Assembly (NCBI GenBank): GCA_002104945.1
Contig: MCFH01000026.1
Span: 248,001 to 312,000, forward strand
Source: Piromyces finnis finn
Lineage: Eukaryota; Fungi; Neocallimastigomycota
DNA length: 64,000 bases
Reading direction: 5' to 3'
In this document: one piece after another, positions 62,618 through 64,000 of the stretch
How the letters are laid out: each line of letters starts with the position of its first letter
Numbering within the stretch: position 1 is the stretch's first letter
Notes under the pieces: model-generated
Seen by the model: only the letters and a program-made list of their open reading frames with translations
Database searches by the model: none
Told to the model about the DNA's origin: nothing
Made by a program: the position numbers and the translations under genes

Positions 62618-64000
62618 ATGCCACCAAAGAAGCAAGTTCAAGAAGAAAAGCCATTACTTGGAAGACCAGGTAACAATTTAAAGGTCGGTATTCTTGGTTT
62701 ACCAAATGTTGGTAAATCTTCTTTCTTTAAGTAAGTATTCATATTATAATTTTTTAATATCAAGATTAGAAATTTCAATTGGAAATTTATATCTGACTTT
62801 AAATATTTCAAATCGTATATAATATACTATTTCAATAATTGTTTTCTTTTTTATCACCTTTGAATAAATAAATTTATACAATTATCATTATCTAATAATA
62901 ACAAATTAAATCAATAAAGTGCTTTAACTCAATCTGCTGCTTCTGCTGAAAACTACCCATTCGTAAATATTATTTTTATTATACATTTTTAATATGAAAA
63001 TATAATTTAAAAAACAATAAATTTATAATATTTCCTAATTCATTTTATTAAAAATTTATAAAATTTTTATAATTACCTATTTATTATTATAAAAATAGTG
63101 TACCCTTGATCCAGAAGAAGCTCGTTGCTCCGTTGTTGACCCACGTTTTGACTGGCTTTGTGATCACTACAAGCCAGCTTCCAAGGTTCCAGCTTACTTA
63201 ACTGTTATTGATATTGCTGGTCTTGTTAAGGGTGCTGCTGAAGGTCAAGGTCTTGGTAACGCTTTCTTATCCCACGTCCGTGCTGTCGATGCTTTATACC
63301 ACGTCGTTCGTTGTTTCGATGATGCTGATATTATTCACGTTGAAGGTGATGTCAACCCAGTTCGTGATATTGAAATTATTCGTGAAGAATTACGTTTAAA
63401 GGATGTTGAATTCTTAACTAAGAGAGTTGAAGAAGCTGAATCTGCTTGCCGTAGAATTGGTCATGGTGGTAACGCCGCTGATAAGGCCAAGAAGGAAGAA
63501 TTCGAAATCTTAAAGAAGGTTTACAACTACGTTGCTGAAGAAAAGAAGGATGTTAGAAAGGGTGAATGGAACAACAAGGAAATTGAAGTCATTAACTCTT
63601 TATTACTTTTAACTGCTAAGCCAGTTATTGTTTTAGCTAACCTTTCTGAAAAGGACTATGCCCGTAAGAAGAACAAGTGGTATGTATAAATATATTTATT
63701 TTTTTAATAATAATTGCACTTCAAAATATATAAAGTTAATTTATATGAATATATTCTAAAAATTTTTTATGTTTTGTTACTGTATTTTATAATTAAAAAC
63801 ATATTATTGTACTATTCTATCTAAAATTCAATATTTCAAAAAAAAAAAAACATCTTCAAATTAATATATCAAATACGTATCATTTTATCATAAAGGCTTC
63901 CAAAGATTAAGAAGTGGATTGATGACAACAACCCAGGTGATTTATTAATTCCATTCTCAGTCCAAGTTGAAACCAACTTGTTAAACATGAGCAGTGATGA
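62618..64000 (+). CDS. OLA1: Obg-like ATPase OLA1/YchF, 5' part (exons 62618-62730, 62920-62962, 63099-63679, 63896-end)
   Basis: [16 protein letters not shown]-loop, [40 protein letters not shown] and LTAKP, with GT-AG introns in frame. Confidence 0.96.

Overview
Very AT-rich eukaryotic DNA with GT-AG introns and a fungal-dockerin glycoside hydrolase, so most likely an anaerobic gut fungus (Neocallimastigomycota; inference). Host genes: a cellulosomal GH53 galactanase, a two-RRM protein, a TBC1D31/WDR67-like WD40-TBC gene, the 5' part of OLA1/YchF, and three intronless tRNA genes (Cys-GCA, Ala-TGC, Leu-TAG). About two-thirds of the window is retroelement DNA, and it is organised around the tRNA genes. 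(1) TGAT...ATCA-ended LTRs are stacked end to end, with 3-6 bp spacers, starting exactly 15 bp upstream of both tRNA-Cys and tRNA-Ala, nearly all in the same orientation relative to the tRNA. (2) A ~20 kb head-to-tail array of a single-ORF APE-RT-CCHC LINE (two intact ~1500 aa copies, tandem structured 5' modules) begins 50 bp downstream of tRNA-Leu. Together these suggest convergent tRNA-gene targeting by LTR and non-LTR elements, analogous to yeast Ty3 and Dictyostelium TRE3/TRE5. A nested chromovirus also shows a Tf1-type 11-nt self-priming signature and a canonical -1 frameshift cassette. Coordinates were counted by eye (expect +/- a few bp), no database searches were run, and novelty is unverified.
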